Assembly: GCF_006345805.1 (NCBI RefSeq)
Contig: NC_043013.1
Span: 3,968,001-4,032,000 of the forward strand
Direction of reading: 5' to 3'
Source of the DNA: Octopus sinensis
Taxonomy: Eukaryota
Length of the DNA stretch: 64,000 nucleotides
Shown: in pieces, positions 14,876 through 28,627 of the stretch
How positions within the stretch are numbered: the first letter of the stretch is position 1
Layout: the number at the start of each line of letters is the position of its first letter
The notes under the pieces: generated by a model
What the model was told of the DNA's origin: nothing
Seen by the model: the letters and a program-made list of their open reading frames with translations, nothing else
The model's database searches: none
Made by a program: the position numbers and the translations under genes

Positions 14876-15353
14876 AGAGTGATATATATATATGTTGATG
14901 AAATTTTTTTCTGTAAAAAAACTTCATTCTATATTAGTAGTAAACTTTTGACTATTCGCTATAGGGACTGGTAACCACTATAAGCTGTAGTGGAGAACAG
15001 TTCACACGTGTGCTGAGGCTGACCAAAGGATTTTATGTTTAGATATATATGGGTTACTTATATGTACTGATGATTTTTGCTTCGGCTTTTTTCCATGGGC
15101 GCATGTAAGTATCTTATTTATATCCTTTCGTATTTTCTACTGAAGAGGAAAAAACCTATCATGAGATTAATTCCGAAATTGATTCAATATAGAAATAACG
15201 AACTTTTAAAAAAAATTCTATCGGCCGGCTTTCCCCGATTTCAGGTCTTCGTGTTTTTCTGTAGCGAGTAAATAATATGTGGAAATTGACGATTTAAAAG
15301 TCTGTTATCAGCATATTGGCATAGAAATAATTTTCTTTAGTCCTTATTTATAA

Positions 15354-15384
<31 letters not shown>

Positions 15385-15675
15385 TCTTTTACTCTTTTAC
15401 TTGTTTCAGTCATTTGACTGTAGCCATGCGGGACCCTAACACTGATGTTTTTAAAGCCTAGTACTTATTGTATCGGTTTCTTCTTACGAACCGCAATGTC
15501 ACGGGGACGTAAACACACGAATACCAGTTGTGAAGCGGTAATGGGAGACAAACACACACACACATATATGTATGTAAGTATGCATGTATGTATGTATGTA
15601 TATATGTGTATTATTAAGTTAGACATGGCCTGGGCCAATAATGGCCGAAACCTATCAAAGTATCAAAGTATATAT

Positions 15676-15710
<35 letters not shown>

Positions 15711-15879
15711 TTGTGTGTCTGTGTTACCCCACCATCGCTTGACAACCGATGTTAGTGTGTTTTTGTCCTCAGAACTTAGCGGTTCGGCAAAAGCAATTGA
15801 TAGAATAAGTAGTAGGCTTACAAAGAAGAAGTCCTGGGGTCGATTTGTTTGACTAAAAGGGGTGCTCCAGTATGACTGA

Positions 15880-16510
15880 AATAAAAAAATACACACGCAC
15901 GAGCATAAACGCAATAAAACGCACATATACCTCCACACACGTTCACACACACATATACACACGCACACGCGTACACACACGCACACACAAGCATACACAC
16001 ATATACACATGCACATACATACACACACATGTACGCATACATACCGCCACCACACATAACACACACTCATACATACACGCACTCAATTACACATACATGG
16101 CCATATACAAACATGCACAAACACGCACACACACACGCATGCACACACACACAGAGGAACGCACATATACTCAACAGACACAACCTCCTACACATACATA
16201 CGCGCGCACACACACACACGCATACACCCACACATGCACACACAGACGCATGCACACACTACACACACAACATATACATACATGCACAAATGTACATGCA
16301 CACACACATACTTCAAACTGCCAGTTAAACACGTTTCTACTGACCATTCCTCTACGCTCACAAGACTGTCACTCTGCTACTAAATTCTTCTCACAACATT
16401 AAGCGACAAAAACTTCACTCACACATACACATATAAACAGCCAAAATCAGATAGACACACACAACACATACACACACAAACGCACACACACACACACTGA
16501 CTTGCGCGCA
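15880..16510. repeat. Degenerate (CA)n/(CACG)n low-complexity tract
   Basis: Direct inspection; source of several spurious His/Thr or Cys/Val ORFs. Confidence 0.9.
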
Positions 16511-16566
16511 CACAAACCTCCTTCTCTTACAATCTCCTGTCTTAGAAGGAACTTTTTCTTCACCCA

Positions 16567-16743
16567 CATGTGCATCGTTGGCAATTTTCTTCCTCCGTCT
16601 TCCCTTCTATTGGACTTATCGAAGAAGAGCGTCTGCTCGAAACGTTAAACCATCTTTCTTTCCTTCCCTGAGCGTCTGCTAATACAGTACATGTACCACG
16701 TACTCGCGTTGTTGTGTTTTTTGTGTTTCTTCTTTTTGGGATT

Positions 16744-16805
<62 letters not shown>

Positions 16806-17000
16806 AAATAATTCAAATAAACGGATGATAAACGAAAGAAAAAAAAGAAAAACAACGAACGTGAGGACGTGCACAAGAAGTATATTTACTTGATGCTCGG
16901 TGAAAGGACAGAGTTCAACGTTTCGAGTATAGCATTTCGTCAGAAAGGAGAAAGGGAAAGTCCAAAGAAGGAGAAGAAGAAATCGCCAACGGGCCACGTG
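16567..17000. mobile_element. Tail-to-tail pair of short Penelope-type repeats with hammerhead-like motifs around (TA)n
   Basis: 16567-16745 (+) and about 16800-17000 (-) share CGTTGGC.ATTT, TGGACTT, GAAACGTT, GAGC.TC and CACGT.CTC.CGTT. Confidence 0.65.
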
Positions 17001-17035
17001 TAGTTATATATGAAATATAAATAAATAAATAAATA

Positions 17036-17109
<74 letters not shown>

Positions 17110-17521
17110 GTATATGTATATATATATATGTATATATGAAAGGTAAGGCAAATCATATTTTAACAAACGTACCTTTCAGTGGAAAATAAAGGAAGTGGTT
17201 ATAACCCACGTTTTTATCTCTCTCTAATTAGAAACATTGGTATCGATCTAATGAGTTTCTACTTTTGTTAACCTTTCTTCAGAGCAGGTATACTTATCTA
17301 CTACTCACAAAGAAATTACTGCTATTTATAGTGTATACAAAATCGGACACCTAAACGTAACTGTATAACTAGCATGTGCTGACAACGAATATGATTAAGC
17401 AATTAATAACACAAAACAGAACTCTTGAAAAATATGAAATATAAGACATCGATTTTAATGTAAACTCACTATTTTAGCTTCGAGTGAAAAGCAATTCTGT
17501 GGGACAGAGAAAGGGTATTCA

Positions 17522-17872
17522 TTCTCTGATGAAAGTGCAAGAAAACCAGAAACTAGTTAGAGCAATCCCGTTTTTTGCGCTCATGGACATATAAAACCGT
17601 CTTCATAAGTATTTTGTTTACCTTTAACAGTGACTTCAAATGATATGTTCATTTGAAATAAAATACTTTTAAAATTATCAAAAACCTTGCCTTTTTATGA
17701 ATAAAATATTTACATTGTCAATGCGTGCGTTGTTATGAAAATTAGGCAGAGTAATTTAGCAGTGTCCGAATTTGTAAACATCATAAATATCGACAAGTTA
17801 CTGATCTCTCTAAGGACAGATGATGAGAATTTTTTCTCTGATGGTGATCTAACAAGACTAGAAACTGGTGAG
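17522..17872 (+). ncRNA. Two decayed hammerhead-like motifs in tandem (312-bp period)
   Basis: TTCTCTGATG[A/G]-N15-AGAAACT[A/G]GT at 17522 and 17834, both preceded by GGACAGA-N13. Confidence 0.4.
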
Positions 17873-18759
17873 TTCCTAGTCTTCTGCTCATGTTGAGATA
17901 AAAATTAGTTGTGTAACCTCTTTGTTTACTCCACGAAATGAAATTAAACTTGTATTTTTATTAAAGAATTATCACTTACATTTAAAATGCTATTAATATT
18001 AACTTTTACCACACAGATTTCGCTTCTGGATATTTCCTTCATCAGCTTTCAACATGGGATCACGACGATTTCGGCATCTTCTCATAATATTTCCTCCCCC
18101 GTTGTGACAAATATTTTTGATACTACCAGAAATGTTTAAAGGTTGTTTTAGCCTACATAGCAACATGCATGTTTTCCTCTGTCATTCCTACGGCTACCAT
18201 TTAAAACCAAACTAGTTGGATGGTTGAGTAGCTGCAAATACCCAACTCATATAAGTAACGGACGACCCAAACCTGCTCCAGATACACATGTAGAGGTAAA
18301 TCTAAATATTCTCTAAGACAGGAGTGCGATTTATCTTCCGTTGTTTATGAAGTTCAGGTTTCCAGTAATCTACAACAATGGTTGTACAGATATCAAACGT
18401 TATATCGGAGCCGTGAATGGAAAATTTAAATCACCTTTCGAATTTTAATATATATTAATTCTAAATGCTCAATTGGCACTTATTTTATCGACATCAAAAA
18501 GAAGAAAAGCAAAGTCAGCCACGGCAGAATTTGAACTCAGAACGTGAAGACGGCGAAATGTCCGGCGTGCTAACGATTCTGCCAGTTCGCCGCGTTCAGC
18601 GAAATGTTAATATTAACACACAACACACACACACTCACGCACGCACGCACGCTCACACACAGACACACGCAATAATATATATTTTCGTATAATATATAGT
18701 TTCATACGTAAATATTAAGCAACTATCAGACACTAAACATCAACTTATTACTCATATAT

Positions 18760-20260
18760 TCACGAGATATTCCTTGGAACTTCTGGCAAGATGCGAGCGA
18801 ACAAGTCTAGCATGTGGAAATATATGCTTGTAAGACAGAGTATTCAATTCCAACGATTTGTGTTCCACACAATATCTCTACGCGTCTACCATTTCATCAG
18901 CTGAAATCGACTTTTCAAAGCACTCAGAGAGTCGTAACACGCCGTCAAGAGAGACTTCTATTTCTAATTTCCAGTTTTGAATGTTTCTCTCATTGCAAAC
19001 AGTTCGCCAAAATGCACTGAAAAACCCCGCGGATCTTTTCGGTTTGAACGGCAGTTTTTTTCTAGCGGTGTCATATGAAATTGTCACCCATGATTATGAC
19101 CCTAGTATCGATCTATTGCATTTCAATCTGTTTTAGGGTTAGGGTTAGTTGGGGTTAGTTAGGGTTTGGGTTAGGGTTAGGGGTGGGGTGAAGGGTATCT
19201 TTTTTTCTTCAGAAATGTAAATAAACCCAATCTGTTTCTTAAATGAGGGACATATTCATACGGTACAGAATGTTTTCACCTCAATAGATGGTCATTGATT
19301 GGTTGAAATTGCAGAAATTGACGAAAAAACAAACAACAAATATCTTACAAACTATAGAATTTTCTCAATAAAGCCAAGAGAAAAAGATGTTTTATAAACA
19401 CATTCTACCAGTATACGAAGTTTAAAAGTGTTTAGTTAACTAGAAATTATGTTAAAAAACTGCCGTTCAAACCGAAAAGATCCTACCCCGCTCATGTGTT
19501 TGGAATCGGAATGCACACACTCACTGTGCACTACGGACAGTTTTAGTGCATTCGTGTTGCAGCCCATGTGCTCTAATTCGGACAAGGCAACCTTCGTGTT
19601 TCGCTTAGAACAAATTGTCGTGATCTGTTCTCGCCGTCAGTATGTCTTTTGTGATGCCTCTTTAGTTCACTTGTTCCAAGCGACTAACGAGTTCCCTTTT
19701 TATTCTATTTTCCTCTATCACTATCTCTTTGCTAAAAGTTACCATGTCTTTTCTAATTTTGATTTTTAGCAAACTTGCCGCCTGTTGCTGATCATGGCCT
19801 CCGCGAATTCTTCTGTAGCTAGTGTGCCAATCCGATTCCCCAAACCTTTCTGCACCTGGAAGGACGCGTTTATCTTCGTGTAACTGGCTTCTTGTCCGTT
19901 TTTTATTTTCTTTGTGAAGATTACGAATTTGTGATCTGATTAGTCAATTTCCTGAACCTGCAGGAAACTTGCACTAAACCGATTTGCTCTAGAAAGCCTG
20001 ATCGCCCTGGATGACTCACTGCGGTTTGACCAAATACACAGATATATTGGGGAAATGGAAACAAAAGCTGTAAGGGCGAGAAGTGCCTGAGAAACATAGT
20101 AAGGCCTTTGCACTCCATTCTCTTACCAGCTACTCCTTCACAATCATTGCGTGCACCGAAATGTTGTTCCAATTGCCAAGTAACACTAATGAGTTGTTTC
20201 TAGGAAGTCACTCGGCGTCTAAAGAAAGGTTATCGGGTACTTGTTGGGGGTATAAAGACA
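18760..20260 (-). mobile_element. Decayed Tx1/L1-like LINE (APE endonuclease, linker, RT start) interrupted by a MITE
   Basis: LVLLGNWNNI (cf. GDWNA), LF*AKHEGCLVRIRAH, LRLSECFEKSISADEMVDA..KSLELNTLSY; homologous to 415-1560. Confidence 0.6.
19031..19483 (+). mobile_element. MITE with GGATC TIRs, 8-bp TSD and internal TTAGGG repeats (Merlin-like)
   Basis: TIR GGATCTTTTCGGTTTGAACGGCAGTTTTT; TSD AACCCCGC/TACCCCGC; TTAGGG-like array at about 19134-19188. Confidence 0.85.
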
Positions 20261-21224
20261 ACTAGTTTGAATGCTCCAACAATGCCTTCGTTGCAATGTG
20301 GTTGATGTAATTGTAATTATTCCATTTCTTGGTGGTTGTGGTAATTGTCATATTGGTTGCTTTACATTATGCGCGTTTTTGTTACTCTTCTTACTGAGTC
20401 CAAAAAGACGAAAAGCAATGTTGACCTCGGTGACATTTGAACTCAGAACGTAAAGAGCCGGAAGAAATGCTACTAAGAATTTTGTCAGATGCGCTAACGC
20501 ATTTGGCTGTTTGCCGCCTTACGCTTTCAAATTTTGGCACAAGATCAGTAATTTTGTTGTAGAGATGGGTTAGCCAATTACATCGTCCACAGTACTCAAT
20601 TAGTACTCCTAAACGATGAAAGATAAAGTTGACATCATCGGGATTTGAACTCAAATCTCCGAAGAAATACCGCTAAGGATTTTGTCTGAAGCGCTACCGA
20701 TTTTGCTGCTTCCCATGTCAGACAAAAATTAAATACTCTGCTTAGAATATTGCAAAAATCTTTCACCAATGTAGAATTGTTGACTCATGTGTTAGCAATT
20801 CGATAAAATACAGTTAATTTGCTCGTTTATTTGTATGTATGTATGTATGTATGTATGTATGTGTGTATGTATGTGTGTATGTATGTATGTATGTATGTAT
20901 GTACACACACACACATATACACGTATTCTTTGCAATTCCGATACAAGGCCAGCAATTTCGAGAGGAAATGGGAGTCGGTTACATCGATCCTTATGCTGAC
21001 TGCTACTTTATTTTATCAAGCTCAAAAGGATGAGAAGCAAACTCTACTTCGGCGCGATTTGAACACAGAATATAAAGAGCCGGAAGAACTACTAATTAGC
21101 ATTTTGTCCAACGTGTCTAACGATTCTGCCACCTCGCCACCTTCATAGACACGCACGCATTCAAACACATACACATACATGTATGTGTGTGTGTGTGTAT
21201 ACATGCATACATACATACATACAT

Positions 21225-21301
<77 letters not shown>

Positions 21302-21476
21302 TAAGCAATAAGGGTTTAGCAACGAATTGCCTTACCACATACCGAATTTAGAAATAGCAGTCAAAGGGTTATAGCTATTTCTTCTACTAAAAAGGGAGAT
21401 CTCAGTATATATATATATATATACATACGTTACATATATATCAACGGAGAGAGATAGAGGAAGAGAGAAAGATAGA

Positions 21477-21544
<68 letters not shown>

Positions 21545-22054
21545 GGGTGGGGAATACCACATTTGCACGTAAACATACATACATACAAAAATACATGAAT
21601 CTACGTTGCGAAGCATACATAAATACATGGACAGATGCCTACATGTTTATGCATGTGTGTGTCCCGCCGTACAAGTGAGTGCTGAAGGCAGTGGGAGGAG
21701 AACCGAAGACGCTGCTGTAAAATTTTCAAACCTCAGAATAAAATATAAAAAAGCAATTAAAGAGAAGGGGAAAACAACAGACAATACAGCGAATAGACTT
21801 CCTCTTCCCACTCCCCTCTCACTATTGACTCACGTTCTCTATCTAACACTGTCTGCGGGGTTGGCTGTCTTCCTACAAACACTTCCACCACCACCACCAC
21901 CACCACCACTGCCTTTATTTGCTTCTTTGTTTTGTTTGTTGGTGTTGCTACCACCACCCTTCATCGATTGTAGATATGCTGTGTTGTCTACAACTTGGTT
22001 TCGATTCTCGCTCAAGACCACTTCACTTATTTTACCGTTCATTATGAAAAGTCG

Positions 22055-22133
<79 letters not shown>

Positions 22134-22155
22134 CAAAACATACATATATATCTTT

Positions 22156-22200
<45 letters not shown>

Positions 22201-22641
22201 ATATTTGTATATTGATAGATAGATATATACATATATATAGATACACACACACACGCGCATATATATATACATATACATATGTACGCTCATATATATACAT
22301 ATATGTATATACATACATATATGTATATACATACATATATATATATATATACATGATATATATATATACATACAAGAGTGAAATGGTTGAAGATTAGCGT
22401 CCCGCTTGAAACTCGGAGTACCAAGGAGTTTGAATCAAACTTTTTTGATACACTCCCCCACCACATATATATGCGCATATATATGTAAATATGTATATAT
22501 ATGTAGGTATACAAACATACACGCACAGAGGCGTAGCACTATGGTTGAAAAGTTTGTTTCCCAGCCATGTAGTCTCGGGTTCAGTCCACCGCACAGCACC
22601 TTGGGCAAATTTCTTCTACTACAGTCCGGATCGACCAAAGC

Positions 22642-23580
22642 CACTTGGTACGACCCTAACACATCAGTCTAGCCAACCGGTCTCGTCGAGTGGTGTCGTA
22701 CTGTCACATGGCACGTCCTCGTTTTGAAGAGCTTCTCCCCTGTTCATCAATTTTTGCGATGGCTGAAACGAAGGGACAGCATGCTTCTATAAAATTCTGC
22801 TTTCTGCTAGGGAAAACGGTGGCTGAAACAGTTGTCATGCTTTAAACAGCTTAAAAGAATGCTGCCATGCACAAAACAAGCTTACGAGTGGTTTTCAAGC
22901 TTTAGGAATGGTCACTTATCGTTTTAAAACCAACCTCGTTGAGGGCGATCGTTGACCTCCTGAACGAATGAAAATATCACGAATTTTCGTGAACTGATCT
23001 TGGAGGACCGTTGCCGAACAATTGACAAACTTGTTGATATGACTGTTGTGTCGTAGAGCTCCTGCCAACGAATTTTGAGCGACGAATTGCAAGTGATGAG
23101 TTGCAGCAAAATTTATGTCTCACTTGATGACGGAAAATCAAAAGCAGTCACCACTGAATTTGTGTCGTGAATTGAAAAAAAAAAAACAGATGGAAGTTGA
23201 TCCGAACCTTTTTCCGAAGGTCATTACCGTTGACGAAAGCTGGTGGTACGACTACGACCCGGAAACGCAGCAGTAATCAAGTTACTGAAAGCATTCAATA
23301 TCACAATGCCCCCCGCCCCAAAAGCGCGTCAAGTGAAGTCCAATGATTTGTTTCATCTATGCGAAAGAAATTGCCCACATAGAATTTGTTCCTCCTGGTC
23401 AAACTGTTAACGAAACGTTTTTCTTGGCAGTTCTGGAGCTTTTGCGAGATGCGGTGAGACGAAAACGCCCCAACCAGTGGCAAAATGATTTCATCACGAC
23501 AATACGCCTTCTTTCTGGGATTCTGAAGAATGACTGGTGGTTGCGGAAGCGACGTTTGAAAGATGTACTGGATGATCCGA
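22642..23580 (+). mobile_element. Second, deleted copy of the 5861-7165 mariner family
   Basis: IKFCFLLGKTVAETVVML, KVITVDESWWYDYDPETQQ, EFVPPGQTVNETFFLAVLELLRDAVRRKRP. Confidence 0.88.
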
Positions 23581-24361
23581 TATATTTACAAACTTATATT
23601 CGCACTCCTAGTATATCTCTGATAGTCTCCGGGCTTGGGGATGCTGTTGGTAACACCGTTGTTAACGTAGTCAATATGGCGCAAAGATCCGGTGGTGTTA
23701 TCGCCGTGGTTATTACTACTAGTCATATGGTTGGGGATGTAGCTGCCGGCGATAGTGAGAGTGGGACCGGTGGTAACATATGGTGTGGAGCCGGTCATCC
23801 CATCGGTGTCGATGGTAATTGTTTGGATAACTCCTCTGTGTCGCTGGTCCTGGATTGGTCATTATCTCAAGGTGTGGCGATTGTACTGGTGGTAGCATAT
23901 GGTGCGAGGCTGATCACGCTACCTGTGTCTATGACAATGGTTTGTCCATCATCGCTGGTAATCTAAACTAATAGGTATGAGGTCTGAGTGCTCCAATTGA
24001 TAAGCTATAAGGACCCAAATTCACAACGGAGGCTGGAGTTGTGGTAGCCACCGTCCAATAGGGAGAGAACCGGGGATCCGTAGAATACATCTAAGTCAGA
24101 AGGTATAATTTTAAAAAGAGAAAAACAAAATCAAGGCAAGAAAAGCTTATCAGTTCACTTAAATTAGTTTAATGGTGAAGCGAAGTAAGCAAATAAAAGT
24201 AACATAATAGTGTCTTACAGGTGTTTCTGGGATATCCCAGGTAATGGAACAATGTGCTGATCCACATTTCCATATACTGCGTATTCCGTCATCGGAGGCG
24301 AAATATAAATCATATAAATAAGAGAAATATAGGCAGGAAACTTTTATGTGGAGATGTAAAG

Positions 24362-24563
24362 AAAAATTTGATGTAGAGACATATGTAGGAAGGTATGAAG
24401 TCCAAGGTTCGTTATAGCTCATAGTTCATCCTGTTCCGGAGGGTATGTTTATCCATATTCCCGTGAAGGTGAACCTCCTTACGCGTATTCCTAAGATATA
24501 TAGGAATATAACGAACCTTGAACTTCATACCCTGCTACACATTTCGCGACATCATCAAATTTT
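24362..24563. mobile_element. MITE-like element with ~55-bp inverted repeats
   Basis: AAAATTTGATGTAGAGACATATGTAGGAAGGTATGAAGTCCAAGGTTCGTTATA versus its reverse complement at about 24507-24563. Confidence 0.55.
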
Positions 24564-24663
24564 AGAAAAAATAAATAAGTAAATGATGGCAATCGAACCG
24601 ATGAGAGTGTCAAGGCACTAAAAGAGAATGACTCTCTCCAGACACAATAATATTTGTGTGAGA

Positions 24664-24736
<73 letters not shown>

Positions 24737-25088
24737 GGCTATGAAGTGGTGGTGGGAGTCAAACACAGACACAAAGACACACACACACACACACAAAGAC
24801 ACACACACACACATACGCACAGATGTATACGATAGGCTTCTTTCATTTTCAGTCTACCAAATCTACTCACAAAGATTTGGTCGGCCCGAAGCAATAATAG
24901 GAGACTCTCGTCCAAGATGTCATATAGTGGGACTGAACTCGGAATCATGCATCGAACAGCCTGGTTAGGGGGCGCTGTGCGCTGACTCACATTTTTCTTC
25001 GTAACAAAAGACAGTGAGACAATTTTCTCCCATGGCTTTCTCATGGGTTTGAATATGCCTTAAGCATACTTGAACAAGTATGCATATG

Positions 25089-25119
<31 letters not shown>

Positions 25120-25630
25120 TGTGTGTGAGTGTGTCTGTGTGTGAGTGTGTCTGTGTATACGTGTGTGTGTATACGTGTGTGTGCGTGTTTGTCTCCCGCC
25201 ACTGTTTGACAACCGGTGTGGGCTTGTTTACGTCCCCGTAATCTTGAGTTCTGGAAGAGAGAACGTTAGAATAACCAGGCTTTAAAAGAAATTAGTACTG
25301 GGGGCGAATAGTTCGGTTAAACCATTGAAGGTGATGTGTCAGCATGACTGCAGTCCAATGACTGAAACAAGTAGAAAATAAAACGACAACAAATAAATAT
25401 ATGGCTTTGTGGTAAGAATCTGGCTTCCCAGCCACATGCTTCCTGTTTCAGTCCCACTGTGTGGAAAATTTCTTCTACTATAATCTTGGGTCGACCAAAA
25501 CCTTGTGAGCGGACTTGGTAGACGGAAACTAAAAGAAGCCTATCGTATATGTATATGTGTATGTGTATGCGACAGGCTTCTTTCAGTTTCCGTCTACGAA
25601 ATCCACTCACAAGGTTTTGGTCAGCCCAAG

Positions 25631-25672
<42 letters not shown>

Positions 25673-25757
25673 TATATATTGTGCCTTTGTGTCTGTATTT
25701 GTCCCCCACCACCTCTCAACAACCGGTCACTTATACTATAATAATAATAATAATAAT

Positions 25758-26074
25758 AACAAGAGCACTCAGAGAGCGCAAACATCCGCCAAGGCAACAC
25801 CAATGTCCTCTCAACGATTAACCGGAGATGATTTTTAAAATGAGAATATCTGAAATAAACTCGACTGCTACCCGACCGCTCTCAAAAATTAATTAAAAAA
25901 ATCGGGAAAAATAATTCAGAATCCTTGTCCAGTATCGAATCGATCCCGAAATCTAATCAGTTCGTGCCAAACATCCATGAAAGTTTCATCCGAATCCATT
26001 GAGCAGTTCTTGAGATATTCTACCCCACGGATAAACAATCACGATTGAAAACAATACCTCCGTCTTAGCGAATA
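25758..26074 (+). mobile_element. Helentron-associated (HINE/DINE-like) element
   Basis: 5' AACAAGAGCACTCAGAGAGCGCAAAC.TCCGCCAAGG, internal AAAGTTTCATCCGAATCC, 3' AAAACAATACCTCCG. Confidence 0.65.
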
Positions 26075-26118
26075 AAAGACTAATAGAAAACTGTATTTAG
26101 GAGTAGATGTTACACAAT

Positions 26119-26507
26119 GTGGAGGCGCAATGGCCCAGTGGTTAGGGCAGCGGACTCGCGGTCATAGGATCGCGGTTTCGATTCCCAGACCGGGCGTTGT
26201 GAGTGTTTATTGAGCGAAAACACCTAAAGTTCCACGAGGCTCCGACAGGGGATGGTGGTGATCCCTGCTGTACTCTTTCACCACAACTTTCTCTCACTCT
26301 TACTTTCTGTTTCTTTTGTACTTGTATTTCAAAGGGCCGGCCTTGTCACTCTCTGTGTCACGCTCAATATCCCCGAGAACTACGTTAAGGGTACACGTGT
26401 CTGTGGAGTGCTCAGCCACTTACACGTTAATTTCACGAGTAGGCTGTTCCGTTGATTCGGATCAACCGGAACCCTCGTCGTCGTAACCGACGGAGTGCTT
26501 CCATCCA
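26119..26507 (+). mobile_element. tRNA-derived SINE family C (GGAGGCGCAATGGCCCAG head), full length
   Basis: A/B boxes; TSD TTACACAAT at 26110-26118 and 26508-26516. Confidence 0.9.
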
Positions 26508-26930
26508 TTACACAATATCCAGGGACAAAAGGCAAATTAGGCTCTGTTTTATATTTCATGTTCAGTAAATACATGCTATCAGTTGCCTTTGAAAATACCC
26601 ACGGATCGGGAAACTCGGAGTAGTCATGGAGTAAAGATTTAGTGTTTAATACAAGCACACACACTAACACGCGGCGCTCATTCGGTTCCATTTGCGTGTG
26701 TGAGTATATATTCATATTTTTATGTATAATTGTTACATGTGTATATATCATATACACACAGACATCAGTACACGTTCAAATATGTAAATACACTGGCAAA
26801 CATACATACACACGTTTACATGCTATACATACTTGTGTGCGTGCGTCCGTGCGTTTACGTGTATAGATATGTATATACTAAACCTATATGTACACACACA
26901 CACATACGATACACATATGTATGCATACAC

Positions 26931-26996
<66 letters not shown>

Positions 26997-27384
26997 GTGT
27001 TTGTATAAAAATGTATCTATCTTTTAAATACACACACATAAATATATATATACATACACACACACACACAAATATATATATATGATATGTATATGTGTAT
27101 AAGTATATATGTATATATATATATATATATATATTTACATGAATCTATGTCTATGTGTGTGTGCGTGTATGCGTATATGTGTGTGTATATGTGTGTGTAT
27201 ATGTGTGTGTATATGTGTGTGTATATGCGTATATGTGTGTGTATATGTGTGTGTGTATATACTTCTCCAACGCTTACCAGCTGAGACCACATCCAACAAT
27301 TTTCCTGAGATTTACAATTATTTACATTAAAACCATCAGCACACAATATCAACACTTACTCCTGGTTCACTGATTTATCTCTTA

Positions 27385-27698
<314 letters not shown>

Positions 27699-28627
27699 TT
27701 TCTATCTCTGTAAACTCGCAACCTTCACCAATTCCACCAATTCCACCACACAACATAAACATCTCCACATTTATACAAACACGTGTCTGCAGACGAAAAA
27801 TTATTTTTCTAATTATTGATGCTACGTTAATGTTTTCTCCGCACATTTCTTCCAGTCAATACAATCACCACCATCCTCAGGCGTATCACCACCACCACCA
27901 CCACCACCACCACCACCACCACTACGAAGATGAGTACCATTACCTTCACCCACTTCTAAATACACACTCACACAATACACACACAGTATTATGTATGTGT
28001 GTACATAAACACACACACACATATATATATACACACACACATATATACACGCATATATATACACATAAATATATATACAAGTATGTATACACACACACAC
28101 ACACCACACACACACACATATATATACACATATATACAGACATACCCTCACATATATACATACATTATACTTGTACCTATGTATATGTATATATTGGGAG
28201 CAATGTTTCTTCTAGACATATAGTATTGAAAACAAGACTATATTTTAGTTCTATCTTTTTTTTATCAAATACAAGTTTTTTGATTATTTTCCTATAAGTC
28301 TATTAATGTTTTTTGTCTGAGCAGTAAAGTTCCAAAATCTATCATTGACAGCTCTTGTCCTTTAAAGTAGCATATTCTGCTTGAAATTATGTTGGTATGT
28401 ATTGCTGCCTCTTTATTATAACGCAAAGAGCCAATATGATTGTTATTAAACAGTAAAATCGGAATCTGAATTGTCATCTGCCGTGTGTTCTTGTGACTAT
28501 AGTGTCGCCTTGTGTTTTAGTTTAACGTCAAATGCTACGGGAATCTCGTATAGAACAAATGCTTCTTGCATAGTTTTAGTTTGAGGGGAGGATCATTGCA
28601 ATTGCTCCCTGTTGCAACTTTATTCTG

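Noticed and set aside
17735-17873. Possible exon MKIRQSNLAVSEFVNIINIDKLLISLRTDDENFFSDGDLTRLET ending at G|GTGAGT, vaguely CARD-like
   Set aside because: The donor lies inside the repeated hammerhead-like motif (GAAACTGGT), and the nearest good acceptor (18017) leads to stops in all frames.
19134-19188. TTAGGG arrays as a true or fossil telomere
   Set aside because: Short, degenerate and at the same internal position in three TIR/TSD-bounded MITE copies.
21606-22397. 263-aa ORF and other long YI/LSIY/CV/HT ORFs (e.g. 27407-28297, 15872-16402, 42761-43177)
   Set aside because: Stop-free only because they run through TA, TCTA, CA and CCA repeats.
23343-23966. 207-aa plus-strand ORF
   Set aside because: Chimeric read-through from a mariner fragment into the antisense strand of an unrelated repeat.
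26121-26195. tRNA-like sequences at SINE heads (also 31150-31224, 38925-38997, 55991-56065)
   Set aside because: They continue into SINE bodies with TSDs and lack a complete acceptor stem; not tRNA genes.
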